A program made the translations under genes and the position numbers. The notes below the pieces were generated by a model. The model was given only the letters and a program-made list of their open reading frames with translations. It did not search any database and had not been told where the DNA came from. A DNA stretch of 64,000 bases. Origin: Kudoa neothunni. Its lineage: Eukaryota; Animalia; Cnidaria. This document shows, piece by piece, positions 41,750 through 54,558 of this stretch; positions within the stretch are counted from its first letter, which is position 1; each line of letters opens with the position of its first letter. The DNA lies in the NCBI GenBank assembly GCA_964304625.1, contig OZ199839.1, forward strand, positions 10,837,186 through 10,901,185. The letters run 5' to 3'.

Positions 41750-44700
41750 ACCTTACAGGACGGTGTTCGGAAAATGTACGTATGTTCCGGTATGAGGTCC
41801 GTGATTACCCCAACGGTTATTTCATTATGTAAGCGCAATTTTTATTATAACTACCATTTTATATTATTAATATATTATAAAGATATGGAAACAATTATTA
41901 GTTGGTTAAAATTATCTATATATTTTTGTAAAAAATGGATAGATTAGCAGAATTTTCTACTGAAGGCGAAGCTTCACAAAATGACTGTGACACTCTTGTA
42001 CGGCGCCGATGGGCAGTATAAAGTAGCTTTTCCATGACAATGATTAAACCATTCCGTAACATTGTTTGTATTCAAGAATATTTACAGGAACAGCTAGCTA
42101 CGTCAAGCCGCGTTTTCCGAACAACTCTCGTTAATCTTCGTATAGCGCAGAGGATTATAATTATAACAAAATTGTTATTTGTTGATAAACATAGAAAACA
42201 CATAATATAATATTTTTATTAATAAAATATTACATTGATTTTATTTTACATACCAATGAGAGAATTATTTATTCACTATAAAATAAAAAACTTACTTTTA
42301 AACTTGTAAGATTAAATTAATCATCGATGCATGTAAAGTCCGAAAAAATTGATATCCATATCTACATAGTTCGTTTATTGTATCTGAATATTTTTTCACT
42401 TAGAATAAATTTTTATTTCTATGTGATTTTAAAATTAAAAAATAATACGGAATATTAGCTCGGTGTTTTTTGGATAGTTTCATCGAAAGTCAATTCAAAA
42501 AAATATGATAAATCAAATCATAAACGGTGGTGAATATTTCGGAACTGAAATTATTGTATGCAGTAAATATTGGTCAGCGAAACATTTATTAATTTAAAAA
42601 ATATAAAAATTTAGAAAGGTTATTTTACTAAATTACAATGAAAATTTGTATTTATTTTAGTTTCTGTTTGGCTTTAGTTTCTTATCGTGGAATGTTAGAA
42701 TAATTGTGAGAAATTTGTCTGAAATTTTCATTTAAAATAAATCATAAAATTCAAACTGTTGTTATGTTGAACAAACATTGGTTTGAACACATCGAAAAGT
42801 TATGAAAAAACTATTTCTAATTTGAAAATCTTTTTAAATATGTATATAGTTAAAAATATTTTTTTATAATGCAATAAAAAAATGAGCCAATATAAAATAG
42901 ATTTCACTTTCGTTAGACAGGATAATAATTCAACAATAAACTAAGCATTCAAATCAACCTGGCAGTCTGGACAAATGATTATAATTTTCTGGGTTTTATG
43001 AAGTGAGAAAATTGGCTTGTTACAAGAAGAATATTTTGTTTTGGTTTTCCTTTCCATGTTACGTGGGAAACATACGCATTGTCCCTTTTTAGATGACGTT
43101 GAATCATTTTGCATATTTAAGTTGGAATTGGAGATAAAGCTATTGAATATTTTGACTCCGTATTGTAAATCTGAATGATACCTAGTAAAGGTTTCTTGAC
43201 GACACAATACGTTAGAGGTGATCAATTGAATCCCTAATTCTCGAAAGAAGGTTTGACATCGACTGCGATCATTCGAACGCCAATCAAGAAATCTGGTTGT
43301 CCATATAATATGTGCATTTAACGCAGATGTATGGATCAGATCCATGAAAACACGGGATGGCCAACGATTGGTTCTTCTATAACAACCATTAAGTTTGGTT
43401 ATCCGGTCTCCATTGTCAACTACTCATTTTGTGTGATTGTAATGAACGGTAAGTTCATGTTTTTTATCACCCCTTTCGATGGCACTATCATGGAATTCTG
43501 TTGATAATAAAATGACGTTTTTGTTTTTATTGAGAACATATGAAATTATAGTTAAGTCATCGGAGAAGCAAAACATTGAGGAATTTTCATCACGATCTTT
43601 TACACTAAGAATATTTTTTGGGATGTATCGGTTATTTTTTCGCATAGTTCCAGTCAGAGTTCAATCATTTTTCAGTAAAAATAAGGCTAGGGGAAGGAAT
43701 ATAAAAAGTTATCAGTCGTTATACCACGACGACTTCCATAATAAGGAGAAACTAAATCCTTGACGACTCGTTCTCCTTGTTTTTTCTCTCTGATACCGTT
43801 AACTTTACCAAGGTAAAGTTGGGTATTAATACGTATGATGTATCTGCATCTGAAGCCACCCATGACTTCACCCCGTAACAATCGGGTTTATTCTTCATGT
43901 AAATACGAAAAGAGCTCCTTCCGCGAAATGAAACCATTCTTTCATCTACAGTTATATGTGTGCCAGGCGAATAATTCCGTGTGAACGAGTAATTTAAATT
44001 ATCGGCGATTTCTTGCATTTCGTCAAATTTGTTGCCAGATGTTCTCAGTATTGATGTTCTCGTGAGTCGATCATCAAAACGGATCGTTCTGTATATCTGG
44101 CAAAAACAATCCCTCGATAGAGCCACAGAAAAAATGTTGTTTGAACAACGGGTTCAAATCACAAAGATTTTCGAGTGATAATTTGGCTCCATTACATCTG
44201 CCAGATATTATCATGATTCCAATAAAAGCCTTCAGCTCTTCCATTGTTATGGTATCCTTATCGCTATATTTTTCATTCGATAGGCAGTACTTATTGGTAA
44301 AATATAATATTTTTTCCAACATAATACTCGAAAAAATAGCGAGAATGTTTCCATAATTGGTTGTACATTTTTAGACTCTTCTGTAAGTCTAGGTTTTGGT
44401 AAGTCTAGATTGTGGCTTTTGTTTTTCCTCCTCATTTTTTCAATGCAACTCCATTTGAATCCAATGCTGGAGTCAGAAATTTCTATTAAATTTTCTAAAT
44501 CATCATTATCTTCATTGCAAGATGAGGGATCAATTGTTTCTACAGTATCATCGCAATCCGAAATATCAGTTAGCGGTCCCTCAAAATCAAGATCACTGTC
44601 GATTTCATCAATCTAAACAGGATCACTTAATAAATCGTCAGAATATTCGCTTGGCATCGCTCTATTAAAGTTTAATTAAAAAAGCAATAATTAATAATTT

Positions 44701-45097
44701 ATTTATATTGTACACAAACAACGTGGATTTAAATTTAAGCGTCTAATCCCTTAGTAATCTATGGGTATATATATTTATATTTTTCGGGCGATGATATAAA
44801 ATTATAGAAATACGAGCATTTTGATTTAAAATATAATTAAAACACATTTTTAATGAAGTTTCATTAATTATTTTATTTTTTTGTATTAATCTCAATTAAA
44901 AAGCTAGCTAAATAACCCCTTTGTCACAAATATTCACAAAAAAAGTAAGTTTATTTCGACTAATTTTAAATTTAAAAAAACTTGATACCTTCTTATGGAA
45001 TTCATGGGATTAAAAAAATTTTCGATTATAAAGCGAAGAAAAAACGCGAAAATACAAAAATTGTGGTCCGCTTGAACCCCACACCGTTCCGCGAGGG
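41750..45097 (-). mobile_element. piggyBac relic with both ends
   Basis: TTAA|ACCTTACAGGACGGTGT ... ACACCGTTCCGCGAGGG|TTAA. Motifs 'ITVDERMVSFRGRSSFRIYMKNKPDCYGVK' and 'ITTDNF'. Confidence 0.9.
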
Positions 45098-45479
45098 TTA
45101 ATAAATTAACCATGAATCACTTTTATTAATATAAAAATAGAAGATAGTTGAAATCAATGTTTAATTTCGTTCAACTTTTTTAACATAAAAATCACCAAAT
45201 AATGATAATACAATTTGATTTTGAGATATTGTTAAATTTAATGGTTACTAAGATTAGTGCGCAATATTCATTGAAAAACCCCACATGGTGATTGAATTTT
45301 AGCGCAGAGAATCCATTTTCTAATATTTGTAAAAAAAAATTTCTAACAAATAATTTCAAATGTTTCCTTAATAGTTTAATAAACCTATTAGATAGAAATG
45401 CATTTAATATTATGAAGAAATAATAACACACAACGAAAAGTGGGAAATATCTACCTACGAAATAACCTTTGTTGACTGT

Positions 45480-45855
45480 ACTATGAATTAGAGGGGACAT
45501 CATAATAAACCACCCAACTATGTATCTACAACATGTGTCTATGTTTATCCTTCATTTTTCAACTAGCTACCACATTGATGTAACTATAAAAACTTACTAA
45601 TTATTTAACTGTGGTAGAAAAAAAAGAAAACGCTAAATTGAATCACGCGATTCAAGCAAAAACGTACGCGAGGCCGAACCTCACGCGACTTTTTATTTTT
45701 CGTTTATTCGTAGTAATTGTGCTTGTAAATAATTTAAACGAGTAATTCTAACATTATATAATTTTTTAAATAATTTTAAAAATGATCGAAACTTTTTACA
45801 TGTAAAATAACTAATGAACATACGAGCGGTGCTACGTACGACCGGTCCATTACTG
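45480..45855 (-). mobile_element. Partial inverted copy of the 6596/47801 MITE family
   Basis: Ends TACGTACGACCGGTCCATTACTG|TA. The interior is the reverse complement of the 5' half of 47801-48480. Confidence 0.8.
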
Positions 45856-46130
45856 TAATTGTTTATATTTATATGCGAACGAGTAAGTTTGCTAATGCAT
45901 GCCTAAGGATATAAATTTTTTAGTATTTCCCTAAGAGTTATAATATATTTATAATAGAAGTAATGCCATTTTGTCAACCATTAAATTTTAAATGAAAATT
46001 AGAAATTCCTTAGCATATACAATAAAAATGATTTATCTAAGAAAACTGTGTTGCTTTAAAATAGTACTAAATTTTAGGTATGTCTACGAATATAAACGAT
46101 ATGGTCAATTTGATCAAAAGTTTGTCCTTG

Positions 46131-47629
46131 TTAGGCGGGGTTTTCTTGTGGGGTCTCTTCTTGTGGGGTTTCTTCTTCAGGGGGCGTAGCAACTGCAGCG
46201 CTAGAAGAGGTTTCTGTATCTATAGAGGTGGTACTCTCTTCGCTTGAAGAGGTTGATTCAGGAGCATTTTCAACCTCAATTCTGTCAAAATAATGAACAT
46301 TAAATGAGCAAAAATCTTTCAAATTACTTGGGGGCCTTTTCTAACGGTGTATTTTCTCCAGAGCATACGGCCAAACATTTTTCGTTAGATTCAAAATTAT
46401 TGTTGTTTCCACCAATTCCTCTGTATAGGAATTGTTTACAGGTTTTAGTTTGGCTTTCAAAGAAGTATCTCACTAAACGAAGATTTCCATGCCCTTGATG
46501 CTGTTTTAGTTTGCATAAATCTCTAACTGGGATGTAAGCGTGCCGCATATTACCGTTTGATTCTCTCGCTAAGTTAATAGTCTAAAAAATTGTATTTTAA
46601 GATAGTTGTATTTACCTGTTGGGCATGATCCAGCACATTCGTCATATGATTCAAAAACATTCACATCTTCAGCAATTGGGCAATCTTGTGTCAAGAATTG
46701 ATGGCAGGTTTTGTATAAGGCGTTGTAAAAATATTTAACGGTTACTGACTTTCCACACGTTGGTTGAGCGATTTTATTTGCACATTTTGGATTAGCAGTT
46801 GCTGGATCATCTTTTGAGAGTTTTATTTCTTATTAACCACAAAATAAAAATTACTGAAACATGTGTCAACACATTGTTTCAAGGAGGAAAATACACCTCT
46901 TGTTTGCTCTTCATCGACAACTACCTGCTTGCATATACGCTTGAATGTGTCGGCAAAAATTTTGATTTTTTGAGTTTTGGTAGAGGCTATATTTGGTAGA
47001 GAACCACAATCAGAACGATTTGGTCTAGTTTTTCCATTCACTATAAAAAGTTATTAGTAGAGAAATAATGAAAATTACATCCTCCGGCCTCTTCACATTG
47101 TCTTCTAGTGTCAAAAATATTATTTCCTGCCCCGCAACCTTTGTATTCAAATTCTTCGCATGAAGAGGTTGTACCGCCATTTACTGTTTTTTTTAAATAA
47201 TATTTTTTGACCGCTGGACCGGTACACATAGACGTTGGTGGGTCGCTTGGAGTAGTACTGCTACTAGTTAATACTCGGGTCGCTTCATCCAAGATTTCAT
47301 CGGAAGTTTTTTTTTCTACAGTATATGAGAAAAGTAGCAAACATACTGATAATACTATGATCGTTACATTCTTTTAACGATTTAAAGTTATTAAAGTCCA
47401 TTCCCTTTCCTTTATAGTTAAATTTTTGACATTCTCCTGTTTCTTTAATAATTCTATACCTCTCTATTTCCGGAAAACCATCTTTTAAAGCTGTATTTTG
47501 TTGTAATAAATTTTCATATGATCCAAGATCTTTTTCTATGGAATGTACAATAAACTTTTATGAAAATAAATTACCAAGAGAACATATGACAAAAAACAAA
47601 GCATAAGTTGTCAAATATATGATATTCAT
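46131..47629 (-). CDS. Secreted five-Kunitz-domain protein with acidic S/T/E/P tail (Kunitz B), 7 exons
   Basis: Signal peptide MNIIYLTTYALFFVICSL, five Kunitz-like exons, tail ending ..EETPQEETPQENPA*. Spliced frame open. Confidence 0.9.
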
Positions 47630-47800
47630 TGTAAAGTTAAAATAGTAACTGATTAAGAGTATTTATAAAAATATTAAGGGACAATTGTATTAATCGCTTG
47701 GAATAAGTAGATCGGAAATCGATAATACTGAATACAAGTGTATTTTAAGTAGTTTCGTCTGTACACCTATGCCCCATTGAATTAACACCAGAGATGTATA

Positions 47801-48480
47801 TAGTAATGGACCGGTCGTACGCATATTAATTATTTTACATATTAAAAGGTTCTCTCGTATTTAAAATGATTTAATGTTATTATTACTCGCTTTAAATAAT
47901 TTATAAGCATAATTAGTACGAGAAAATGAAAAGTCAAGTGAGGATCGGTCGTACGTACCTTTTTGCTTTGACCGCGTGATCAAATTGATTAAATTAAACG
48001 TTCCTTTCTTTTTTTACCACGATTAAGAAATTAGTAAGTTTTTATAGTTACATCAATGTGATAGCTAGCTGAAAAATGAAGGATAAACATAGACACATGT
48101 TGTGAATACATAGTAGTGTGGTTTATAATGATGTCCTCTTTAATTCATAGAAATAACAATGATAGTCTCTCCCCACTGATTCAGAGATGGTCTTATTTTA
48201 TTTAGAAGGGCTTAGCAACTATTTTAAACATCATGATTCAAAAAAGTGGGAGTTAATGTCTGATTCTATTCCAGATGTTTATTCATTTTTAAATCGTAAT
48301 TTTAAACAACAAAAATTGCCTTTTCATTAATATTTAAGCTATAGCTAATTTTGTGTTTTAATATTTTTTGTGTGCTTGTGCAAACAAATACGTACTATCC
48401 GGCGGGGACCTGGGCCGGGACCGGAAATACATACAATTCCCTCATCCCCAAGGGGATTATTTACGACTGACTCAATATTG
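47801..48480 (+). mobile_element. TA-flanked MITE, longest copy of the family
   Basis: TA|TAGTAATGGACCGGTCGTACG ... TACGACTGACTCAATATTG|TA. Homologous to 6596-7174. Confidence 0.85.
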
Positions 48481-48540
48481 TAGATGGATTTATGGAAACA
48501 AATCTTATCAAAGATATAACTAAAAAAATAAAAAAAATTA

Positions 48541-49045
48541 ACCGTGTTGGAATGAATAAACTCCTAGTTGGGCTATGTGCCGAGGAAAAATAGCACATCG
48601 GTGTGACACTCGGACTCAGAACCATGAGGTAATGGATTCGATTCCGCCGGTGGTCAGACTACCTGCTTTCATGTGATGCGCCACTATCCCATATTTGGGA
48701 GCTGTGGTTAAAGTGTACGCTCGCTGTGAGGTGGATGCACCAGCAGTCAAATTCGCGTAAAATGGGTTGAACTTGAATAGGAGTTGGAATCTCCGGAACC
48801 CATCGAAAGGCGAGTAATTTCCTGGCCTCATAGAGCCAACATCCTTAAAGGGATAGGGTTTGGGATGGTGGTCGCCCTGAGACGAGGATGTTTAATGGGT
48901 TAAAGTCCCACACTACCGCATAAAGATAAATGGCGAGATTTCATGTTACGTCCTGCGATGCCTAAAGCGTTAATGGAAGAGGTATGACCAACCAGAATTC
49001 CACATCCGAATAAGTTGCGCCAGGGGTTTTACCTTGTAAAAAAAA
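48541..49045 (+). mobile_element. tRNA-derived SINE-like element
   Basis: GC-rich island with A-box TAGCACATCGG (~48591), anticodon-like loop CTCAGAA, B-box GGATTCGATTCC (~48634) and an A8 tail at 49038-49045. No clear TSD; 5' boundary approximate. Confidence 0.7.
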
Positions 49046-49257
49046 TTCTAGCGGTGTTCTGAATTTTATATTAAAATCAATGTTGGATTAAAGTTTGAAT
49101 TTATTGTTTTTAATTATGGTTGTTCAAAATAAAAGAAAAAAATTAGATAAACAAATGAACTAAAGTAATAAGCAAGAAGATGAAATATGAAATTAAATTA
49201 TATGTAAGTCTTATCGAAATATAACTAATTACGAAACAACACTGTTAGAAATTTTCT

Positions 49258-50838
49258 TCAGGGGTTTCTTTCTGGGGCGTTATCAGTTTGTATATTATTT
49301 TCTGAACTTTCATTAACCGTTGGTTTCATTTGTCCAGTTTCATCAGCTCCTTCTGAAGATGTTTCAGTTGAGGTAGTGGTTACACTAGAGGAAGTATCAG
49401 TTGAGGAGACATCGGTGCTAGTTTCATTATCAGCTGTAGTAATTGGATCGATAGAGTCGTCCACCGGTGGATCTCTCACACTATCAATAATATTATTTTG
49501 AGAACAAATTTGACCAGATACGATGGAGGTTTTGAGATTTCAGCACTCTTACCAGAGCATACACCCATGCATTTATCCCTGGTTATGAATCTATTGTCAT
49601 TTCCTCCAATCCCTCTGTATATGAACGGCATACACGTGTTTGTATGACGATCAAAGTAATATCTGGCTAAAAATAAGTGCCCAACACCTTCACTTCTGCC
49701 GAGCCTGCAAATGTCATCAGCTTTTTTGTACTTAATACCATCTTCCTCATCTGAAGGCAAACCTAACAACCACCTTTTAATGATGAGTATATGTTATGGA
49801 AAATTACCTGTGTGAGTAGGGCATGAAGCAACACAATCGTCCAATGTTTCAAATGTATTAGCATTGTCTGGATGCTTACAATCTTCCGTTTCATAAACCT
49901 CACAGACCTTGGATGATTTTTTGTAAAAATATCTTTGGACAATCTTCCTGTCACATTTCATTTGGGAAATCCCTGAGTTACATTTAGGGTTGATGTCGGC
50001 AGGAGCACCTTAATCATTACAACTATTTTTTTAATGCTACTACTTCAATAAATTACTTAGACAAATGCTGGTGCATTGTTGCACTGAATCGAAAACTCCC
50101 ATTGTTTCGCCCTCATTTACCACAGCATGTACACATTTATGGGCTGTCATATCAGCAACAATCCCGATTACTTTGTGTGAGTCAATTGCTAGTTCCGGGT
50201 GGATACCACAATGGAAGCGATTTTTAACACCGTCAACAACGGCTATTTTTAAATTTACTGAAATAGAAATAATTTAGAAAAATACCAGCTTTTGCTTGTT
50301 GGCATTGTGACATAGAATCAAAAAAATTCTGTCCTCCTCCACATCCTTTGTACTCAAAGGTTAGACAAGAATAAGAGATGCTATTATTATCGTTAGTTTT
50401 TTTGAGGTAGTATTTGTTTACGACGACTCCTGTACATGGTGATGTAGGGGTTACATTGGGATTTGTCTCTGACTTAACTACAACAGCTTTAACTGCTATA
50501 TACACATCATCTTTTGATTTTTCCTCTTTAGAATATTATGTGTGACATCACAATAATGTTTATACTGTGATTTTCGCATTCATCTAAAGATTTGAAATTG
50601 TTGAAATCCATGCCTTTCCCCTTGTATTCAAATTCTGCACATTTTCCAGTGCTCTTAATTATTGTGTACCTTTTCACTGTAAATTTATCACTTAATTCTA
50701 TATTTTTTTCCTTTAGATCATCATATGACTGAAGATCCGTTTCTACAAAAGGTGAAGAATCATTATTAACAATAGATAGTTACCAAATGAACAGGCTGTG
50801 AAAAGTACAGCATAGGTGCTCCAATATAAAACATTCAT
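49258..50838 (-). CDS. Secreted five-Kunitz-domain protein with S/T/D/E-rich tail (Kunitz C), 7 exons
   Basis: Signal peptide MNVLYWSTYAVLFTACSF. Domain 5 reads CRLGRSEGVGHLFLARYYFDRHTNTCMPFIYRGIGGNDNRFITRDKCMGVC. Same intron positions as Kunitz B. Confidence 0.9.
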
Positions 50839-50975
50839 TGTAGTGGAAAAATAATATCTATCTTAAGATTATTTCTACAAATATAAATAGTCAAATTTGG
50901 TCCGACGTATTGTGATAAAAAATCGTAAGACGATTACCTTGCATAGCAATGCGATTGGCTAGTTCCATCAGTATA

Positions 50976-52233
50976 CAGTCGATGATGGGTGGTTCGTAAC
51001 TTTCGAAAATATGTAAAAATTAAATATTATAAAAAAATGAACTATTATATTTTAACTCAAAACACACATTAAGTTGAAAAAATATTAGCTATATAATAAT
51101 TAAGTTTTTGTAATTTTTTTCTTATTTCTATAGACTGACGTGTGGTTTGTAACTTTTCGGGTGAACAAACGTCCAGGTTTTGTTGTATAAATTATTGATT
51201 GAAGATAAAAATTCAAAACAATGTTAGATCTATTTCTGAAAAATAAAAAAAATCAATTGTTTTGACAATAAGTCAAAAGCAGGGATAAAATCGAGAACTA
51301 TCAAAATTTTTAATGCATCATCCTTATCTACATTGTTTTGTTTTAAATAAAACAGATGATATAATCTGCGCATTTAAGCCCAGTTTGGTCCAAGAAATAT
51401 ACGACATACTTAAAATAAAACATTAGAATAATTATTTTTTGTTTTTAAACAAAACTAGTAGTCATCTAAAATTGAAATATTGAAATATTAAACTAATTTT
51501 TCTTCTCCCGAACACTCCGAACGCTCCCCGACCCATAGATCAGAGCATAATATACTTGTTTAAATTCTACTATAAAGTATATACGATAAAACTCCGCATT
51601 TCTTCCATCAAAGTTTCAATGGAATCTGTATTTCCTAATATTTTGAACGCACTTTTTTTGATTGCGGATTCCTGGGATTCGATGACTAAATCAACTATTT
51701 TTAATAGTTTTGTCATGACAAAATCTAATCGCAAAAAATATTTCTATTACCGATAATTTAGATGTAAAAAATGATTAAAATTTAGAATACAAATTTTCTG
51801 AAGAGATAAATGAAATGAACAATGATGAAATAATATCGAATGCCGTGGATATCGGAAATGACAATCTTTCCGATGAACATGAAAATATCATAAAATTAGT
51901 GAATATCCAGACGATGCCACCGAAATTTAAATCAAAGAGAATATTTATTAGTTTAAATATACGAAAATAAAAACATTAATTTCTAAAACTGTCCTATTTT
52001 ACTTTGGCAAACTTAAGCAATACCTCATCGAGCTTGGTTCGAAAAAATACGAATATACTTAAGGATATTGAAGATGAAATACAATAAATAATAATAAAGC
52101 GGAAAATACTATAATTAAGGAATATTTTCACAAAAATAACTTTTATTAATTATCAACTCCTTCTACCTTGTGTGATTTGAAACAACGAAACGCGCGCATT
52201 TGCCAATAGATATGAACGACCCCTCATCTACTG
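50976..52233 (+). mobile_element. Internally deleted Tigger/pogo element
   Basis: TA|CAGTCGATGATGGGTGGTTCGTA ... TATGAACGACCCCTCATCTACTG|TA. Acidic C-terminal transposase-like relic ending 'TIIKEYFHK'. Confidence 0.75.
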
Positions 52234-52687
52234 TATTCACAATCTATCTCACTCATACCTATGTCTATATATTTTTCGTGCGATTTAATCTAATCAATGA
52301 TATAACAATTAATCAACTAAATACAAATAAAAAATAATGTTTTTTTGTATATTAATACATTAAGTTAATATATTAATCTCTGTTTTCAGACAAAAAATAA
52401 AAAATTTTGTATTCAGTCATAAGTAATGGTGTAAAGTTACCCTAAGGGCTGGTACGGTTTTTATTAAGTCATCGTTACTGCTTATCAATAGAATGACTCC
52501 TAATTAAATGGCCAAATGAAGCGGTATACTTATTGTTTATAAAAGCTGCCACTGAAAATAATTCTATTCAGACGGCACCGTGTCACGAATTTCATCTATA
52601 TCAATATTTTTCGACTGATTTATCCTGCCCCTGGCTTTTTCAAAAAAAGTCCGGCTTACCCAACTTATTCAAAAATATCGCTTACAT

Positions 52688-53281
52688 CAGAGGTTCTCAA
52701 CCGTTTTTTCAAATTTACCCCCGTAACTTGAAAATCAAAATCATATTTACCCTTAGTTTCTATATTGATTTAACTATAGCAGAGGCTATTTGAATGGTAA
52801 ATTCTGGTCCTAAAAAGCACGTATGCTTGCATCATGACAATTTTTAATCCCATCAACTCGCCCACAAGCTGTATACAGATTTTATTTTTTATATTTTGTT
52901 AAATCAATCTAATCTTTTCCTAATATTACGCTCTTAGGGGCTAGAAATAATTAATAATAGTCAAAACTAACGACATTAATATTATTTACCATGAAAATAG
53001 TCATTTTAAGTATTACTATTATTAAGCTACATCACTTAAAGATGAACGAGGCATAAAAAAGGAGACTAAGAATAGTTTTATAAATAGCTGTTAAAAACTT
53101 ATTCCTAAAAACATTTTAAGAATTTTTGAGAAATTCTTATTGAGTTTAATGCCCCTGAATAATATAATTCAATCGGGAAGTACGTCACAAACCCCATAAT
53201 GCAAAAATTCTCCCTATCTAATCTTGATGTTATTTAATTTATCCCTGCCATTTAAATTTTACCCCCGGTTGAGAACCTCTG
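52688..53281. mobile_element. hAT (Charlie-like) MITE
   Basis: Perfect TIR CAGAGGTTCTCAACCG / CGGTTGAGAACCTCTG. TSD GCTTACAT / ACTTACAT (7/8). Confidence 0.9.
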
Positions 53282-54558
53282 ACTTACATTAACATAATCA
53301 TTCCAAAAATTTGTATTTTATTTAATACAACGCCCAAACTTTATCCTTTTAATTATTAAAGTAAACTTTTTTTAATTTAAAATATGAAATATTAAAAGGA
53401 TTCTTAACATTGAACCAAAATCACATTTTGGTTAAAAATTTTTAGATTAATATCTTACGCTTAAAGTAGTGGTTACACATATTCTCTTTCAATAATTTCT
53501 TTTTTATGAATATTTTCATTATGAAATTATTTCCAATCAATATAAAAGTTTAAGTAAAATTTATTATATCACTTTATTAAAATTTTTCGAATATACTACG
53601 TTACATTTATTGTTTGATTGGCATACAGATGTCTGCATTTTCCAATTTTGTCTAGTTCAAATTTTCAATTGTTGAATGATAATTATATGTTATAGAATAA
53701 TTTTCGAAACTTTCTAAGAAGTTAAGAGGTTATCCATCAAAAGATCGTAATTATTAATGTATCATTATTTCAAAATATATTTAATTTGATCGATATAACA
53801 TTACTTTTAAAAATTAGTTATTTCGTTATATTTTATAATACATAGTTTTTACAAAAAATGTTAAAACGTTATATTCCATTTAAATAATTTTGCCATAATG
53901 TTAAAAATTTGAATAATTATTTCAAAAAGACAAATAGGGATTGTAAGCTTAATACAAAAAAGTTAAATTACTAACGATTTGAATAGCTGGGGAAATAAAA
54001 TGAGAGGAATATCAACAATTAACCGTACGTAACTAGGTCTAAAACTATTCCAATTATATTAGAGTAATGATCTAATATTTTATCATATTTTTTGAATAAT
54101 GAAGTTTTTCTATTATTTTGGATTTTTTTAATATCAATAATCGCAAAAAAATGAATGATGAACATGTATATAATTTACACGTATCGAGCACTGATGCATT
54201 ATACGTAACCGTTACTACCCCCATCAATGTATTCCATTAATTCCCCGAATTGCTCATGGCCAGTCAGTATCTTTATTTGGACGATTTCAGGATATTTACT
54301 AAATGTGTTTATAGTACACTGAATCATATGGATTATTTTATCTTGAATAATAATTTTATTAACTTGAAAACATAATATTCAATTATAAACAAATATACAA
54401 CAAAAAATTAAATAATTATAAGGAAGCTTAAGAATTAAGGATAAAATCATTAATCGGTAAAATATGAAATAAATCATATGTAGGGTTTTTAAAACTATAA
54501 GATGAATTCCAAACACCATTATTATTTTATGCTCAAAACAATTTTAGTTTATCTTGTA

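Noticed and set aside
48578-48657. Functional tRNA gene
   Set aside because: Acceptor and anticodon stems do not pair; treated as a SINE head.
48649-48712. HDV-like ribozyme directly after the tRNA-like head
   Set aside because: Partial P1/P2 pairings and a TTCATGT loop can be drawn, but P3, P1.1 and J4/2 do not fit. A simple hairpin explains the sequence better.
48950-48995. Pistol-ribozyme-like GCCTAAAGCGTTAAT
   Set aside because: No upstream P1 or pseudoknot partner found.
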